From Pelagomonas calceolata (lineage: Eukaryota): a stretch of 64,000 nucleotides of DNA. The first letter of the stretch is position 1. Each line of letters starts with the position of its first letter. Location: NCBI GenBank assembly GCA_918797485.1, contig CAKKNE010000005.1:3286001-3350000 (forward strand), in the 5' to 3' direction. A program made the position numbers and the translations under genes. The notes beneath the pieces are model-generated. The model did no database searches, was not told where the DNA came from, and was given only the letters and a program-made list of their open reading frames with translations. Below are positions 61,169-64,000 of this stretch, piece by piece.

Positions 61169-63805
61169 ATGGCCGGGCAGCCAGCACAAACGCGCCGCTT
61201 CCGCGTGAAGCCGCGCGGCGCCGTCGTGCGCGCGGGTTCCACGCTGACGAGCGCCGTCGTCGGCGAGCTCGACGGCGGCGCGATTGTCGTAGCAGCCGCG
61301 GCGCCGGACAAAACAGGCCGCGTCGCGGTACAAACGCCGCTCCGGGGCTTCGTCTCCCGCAAAGTTTTGATACCGTACGGCACGGGCCACGCCGTCCCGC
61401 AACAGCTAAAACCGAAGCCTATCGTTGAACGGACGAAGACCGTCACCATAAAGTCGCGCGCCGATTTGAGGGCCTTCGTCCGCCACAAGGAACAGGAGGC
61501 GCGCCGCGACGCTGGGCTGCGAGATGAAGGATTTGTCTACAACACAAACGACCCCTACGAGCGCTGGGTTTCAAAACACAAGCACGGCGCCGACCCGTGT
61601 GCGCCGAAGACGCGTGTCGCGTACGCGTCGTATTTACATCAGCAAGGGTCGCTGGACGACGCCCTTCAACACTTAACGACGGCGCTGGTCGACGAGCCGC
61701 GGTCCACGAAAGCGCGGCGGCTGTTTGACGAAGTTTCTCAAGAGATTAAATTGAGGGACGCCGCGCGCGACGCGACTCTAAGTAATGACGAGCGAGCTTT
61801 GAGGCTCTGGAAGCGTAGTGATGAGTGCTATGAAAGGGGCGACGCGCGCACGGCGCTGGCGTTGTATGGGTGCCTGCTGGATAGCATGTTGGGTGAGACG
61901 TCTTCATCAATACGGCTCGTCGACGGGGAGTCCATTGAAGCTCCAGGGAGACCCTTCGACGCGGGCGAGGCGTCCAAGCTGCACCACGCGCGGGCGGGCT
62001 GCTTCGCCAAGCTGAAGAATTGGGAGGACGCCGAGGAGGAGTCGCGACGCGCGTTGGAGCTCGAACCCGCATCCATCATATACCGGAGGCGCCTCGCCAC
62101 GACGTTGGATAAGGCCGGCAAGTGGGGCGCCGCCGTCTGCGAGGCGCCGCGCGGCGATCGCGTTTTCGAGGCGCGCGCGCGCGTTTTTGAACAGCGCGCG
62201 ATGCTTAGGAATGATCGAGAGACGCGGGCCTACGCGAACGACGTCGCCGCGTCGGAGTGGTTGGAACTGGTCAAGGCCGACGAGGGCAACCCGCTGGTGA
62301 CCGGCGCGAACCCTTTCCAGGGTCTGTCGCGCGACGAGCTGCGCCGCGAATTGGAGACAAGAAGGGAGCGTAGAAAGGCGCAGGAGGCCATCAACGCCGC
62401 TTTAGATGTTGAGGACGACCGGCGCGTCGCGGCCTGTGCTGTCAGATTGTGTGCGTCGACGTTCAGGACGCGCCTGCGCAAGCGCTTCACGTCGCCGCTG
62501 TTGGTTGTGGCGGACAAAGGTATGAAATTGGAGCAGACGGCGAGTGATGTGGGAGGGTGCTCCCTGTCGCGGGACCCCCTCCCGTCGAGTGGCGTCCACG
62601 CGTTTTGCGTCTACCTCGACGGTGCGGTGGGCGATTTGAGAATCGGCCTCGCGGCGGAGGGCTGCGACTTCACGCGACCGCTCGGTGATGACGGCAAGGG
62701 CTGGTGCGTGGGCTTTTCTCCGCACGGCCTTGTCGTGGGCCACCGGAAGCGGCAGCGCGACCTCTTGCATAGGGGCAAGGCCGTGCCTCAGCTCCAGGCC
62801 CACGACTGCCTGGGCGTGGTCTGGGATGCGGACGCCAAGATTCTGGATTGCTACGTGAACGGCGTTTACAGGGGCGCCGCGTTTACGGCCATGGACTTTC
62901 CCGCCGTTTGTATTGATGGCGACGGCGAGGAGATGCCCATGCCTTCACTCTATGCGGCGGTGTCCTACGGCACGGAGTGCAAGGACGCGGGCGCTTGTAA
63001 ATTTGTGTGCGGGCGCGTCGACGCGATGGAGCGCATTGAGCGACTGGCGGCCATCGACCGCTTGACCAAGGGCCGCGGCTACGGCGAAGGAGGCAAGCGC
63101 TTCGCGCTCGTGACGGAAAGTGGGGAGAGGCACCGGAAGATGGACGCCCAGAAGATGAAATTTGGTTTAACAAGGATCCACACCAAGGGCGTCGAGGACG
63201 CCGTCTGGGTGCAGACGGACCAGTGCCGCTGGACTCAAAGTGTTCAAACCGTGACGCTGATTGTGTCGCACTTTCCTGGACATAGTGTGGAGGCTCAGGA
63301 CGTCGATGTGGTGTTCAAGCAGCAGTACCTGAAAATAAGCCACCGCGTCACGGCACAAGTCTACCTCGAGGGCGCCCTGCACCGGCCCATTTTGCCTGCC
63401 GAAAGTTTGTGGTACATTGATGAAGGTGTTCTGGAGGTTGTGCTGGCGAAGGACTTGGCCCTCTACCATTCGCAGTCGGTCGTCGAGCTCAGCGCGTGGC
63501 CGCGGCTCTTCGAGTTCGACGACGACTTGTCGGATGGGGACATGGAGCACGACCAGACGGACTTGGATCCGGAGCGGAAGCGCCGCGACGATTTAGCACA
63601 ATTACGGTCGTCGCAGCAGGCGAAGTACGAGCTCGCGAAACGCGCGGCCGTCGAGGCGTCTGGCAAAGAATGGCACTGGGTCCACCGGGACGGTGAGATC
63701 GAGCCGTCCTACGCCGTCGCGGGCGAAATTGGGTATGACGTGCCGTGCGATCGCGACGCTGCGCTGCTCGCGTCGGGCGAGCCGCGGATGATGCTGGGGG
63801 CGTGA
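61169..63805 (+). CDS. Multidomain protein: SH3b-like + TPR + SPRY + CS (p23/NudC) domains
   Basis: RAGCFAKLKNWEDAEEESRRALELEP (TPR); SGVHAFCV...IGLA...LGDDGKGW...DCLGVVWD...YVNG (SPRY); RWTQSVQTVTL...LEGALHRPI...SLWYI..G.LEVVLAK (CS). Confidence 0.78.
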   Translation: MAGQPAQTRRFRVKPRGAVVRAGSTLTSAVVGELDGGAIVVAAAAPDKTGRVAVQTPLRGFVSRKVLIPYGTGHAVPQQLKPKPIVERTKTVTIKSRADLRAFVRHKEQEARRDAGLRDEGFVYNTNDPYERWVSKHKHGADPCAPKTRVAYASYLHQQGSLDDALQHLTTALVDEPRSTKARRLFDEVSQEIKLRDAARDATLSNDERALRLWKRSDECYERGDARTALALYGCLLDSMLGETSSSIRLVDGESIEAPGRPFDAGEASKLHHARAGCFAKLKNWEDAEEESRRALELEPASIIYRRRLATTLDKAGKWGAAVCEAPRGDRVFEARARVFEQRAMLRNDRETRAYANDVAASEWLELVKADEGNPLVTGANPFQGLSRDELRRELETRRERRKAQEAINAALDVEDDRRVAACAVRLCASTFRTRLRKRFTSPLLVVADKGMKLEQTASDVGGCSLSRDPLPSSGVHAFCVYLDGAVGDLRIGLAAEGCDFTRPLGDDGKGWCVGFSPHGLVVGHRKRQRDLLHRGKAVPQLQAHDCLGVVWDADAKILDCYVNGVYRGAAFTAMDFPAVCIDGDGEEMPMPSLYAAVSYGTECKDAGACKFVCGRVDAMERIERLAAIDRLTKGRGYGEGGKRFALVTESGERHRKMDAQKMKFGLTRIHTKGVEDAVWVQTDQCRWTQSVQTVTLIVSHFPGHSVEAQDVDVVFKQQYLKISHRVTAQVYLEGALHRPILPAESLWYIDEGVLEVVLAKDLALYHSQSVVELSAWPRLFEFDDDLSDGDMEHDQTDLDPERKRRDDLAQLRSSQQAKYELAKRAAVEASGKEWHWVHRDGEIEPSYAVAGEIGYDVPCDRDAALLASGEPRMMLGA

Positions 63806-64000
63806 GTGTAGTTTTCTGGTGCTGTATATGTCTATTCCCCGTGTTTTTCGTCTTTTGTCTAGTATGTATGATTGCTAGGGCAAGTTTTTAGTCGAGAGGA
63901 TCGGCATTGCTTATACGCTTGGGTACGAGCCTGTGCGCTGCCAGGGCGCGGCAGGCGTATCTTCTGGTCCTGATTTCCTTTCCTTTGGCATTGCAGCGTC

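Noticed and set aside
1..64000. Hundreds of overlapping Arg/Ala/Pro-rich ORFs, e.g. 22880..23869(-), 41988..42965(-), 56073..57251(-), 58364..59749(+), 59771..60868(+)
   Set aside because: Shadow frames of real genes in high-GC DNA; no family motifs.
1..64000. Prokaryotic operon, CRISPR array or phage/defence island interpretation
   Set aside because: Spliceosomal introns, eIF3b, p24 and SLC25 carriers show eukaryotic nuclear DNA; no regularly spaced repeat-spacer array was seen.
1..64000. Autonomous transposase for the introners
   Set aside because: No ORF with recognisable DDE/hAT transposase motifs in this window.

Overview
GC-rich, very gene-dense eukaryotic nuclear DNA, most consistent with a pelagophyte stramenopile alga (Pelagomonas/Aureococcus-like). 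This is inferred from the MATX-type SAM synthetase, an Lhcz-like antenna protein, bipartite plastid-targeting N-termini and 8-bp-TSD introner elements. About 38 mostly single-exon protein genes lie on alternating strands with very short spacers. Highlights: (1) six clear copies and one degenerate copy of a MITE-like introner family (TIR CTGTGTGGAAATCAA...TTGATTTCCACACAG, 8-bp TSD) that create perfectly excisable GT-AG or GC-AG introns, inserted in both orientations; (2) a predicted organelle-targeted fusion of a TrhO-like tRNA U34 hydroxylase to a TrmR/CCoAOMT-type O-methyltransferase, a candidate one-protein mo5U34 pathway; (3) an adenylation-carrier-acyltransferase-3 membrane fusion protein; (4) a tRNA-Arg(TCG) nested in an intron; (5) two headless gene 3' ends joined back-to-back at one palindromic hexamer; (6) a K+-channel-like protein with a GLG filter and an OmpA-C-domain protein. 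All family calls come from motif recognition by eye, not from database searches.
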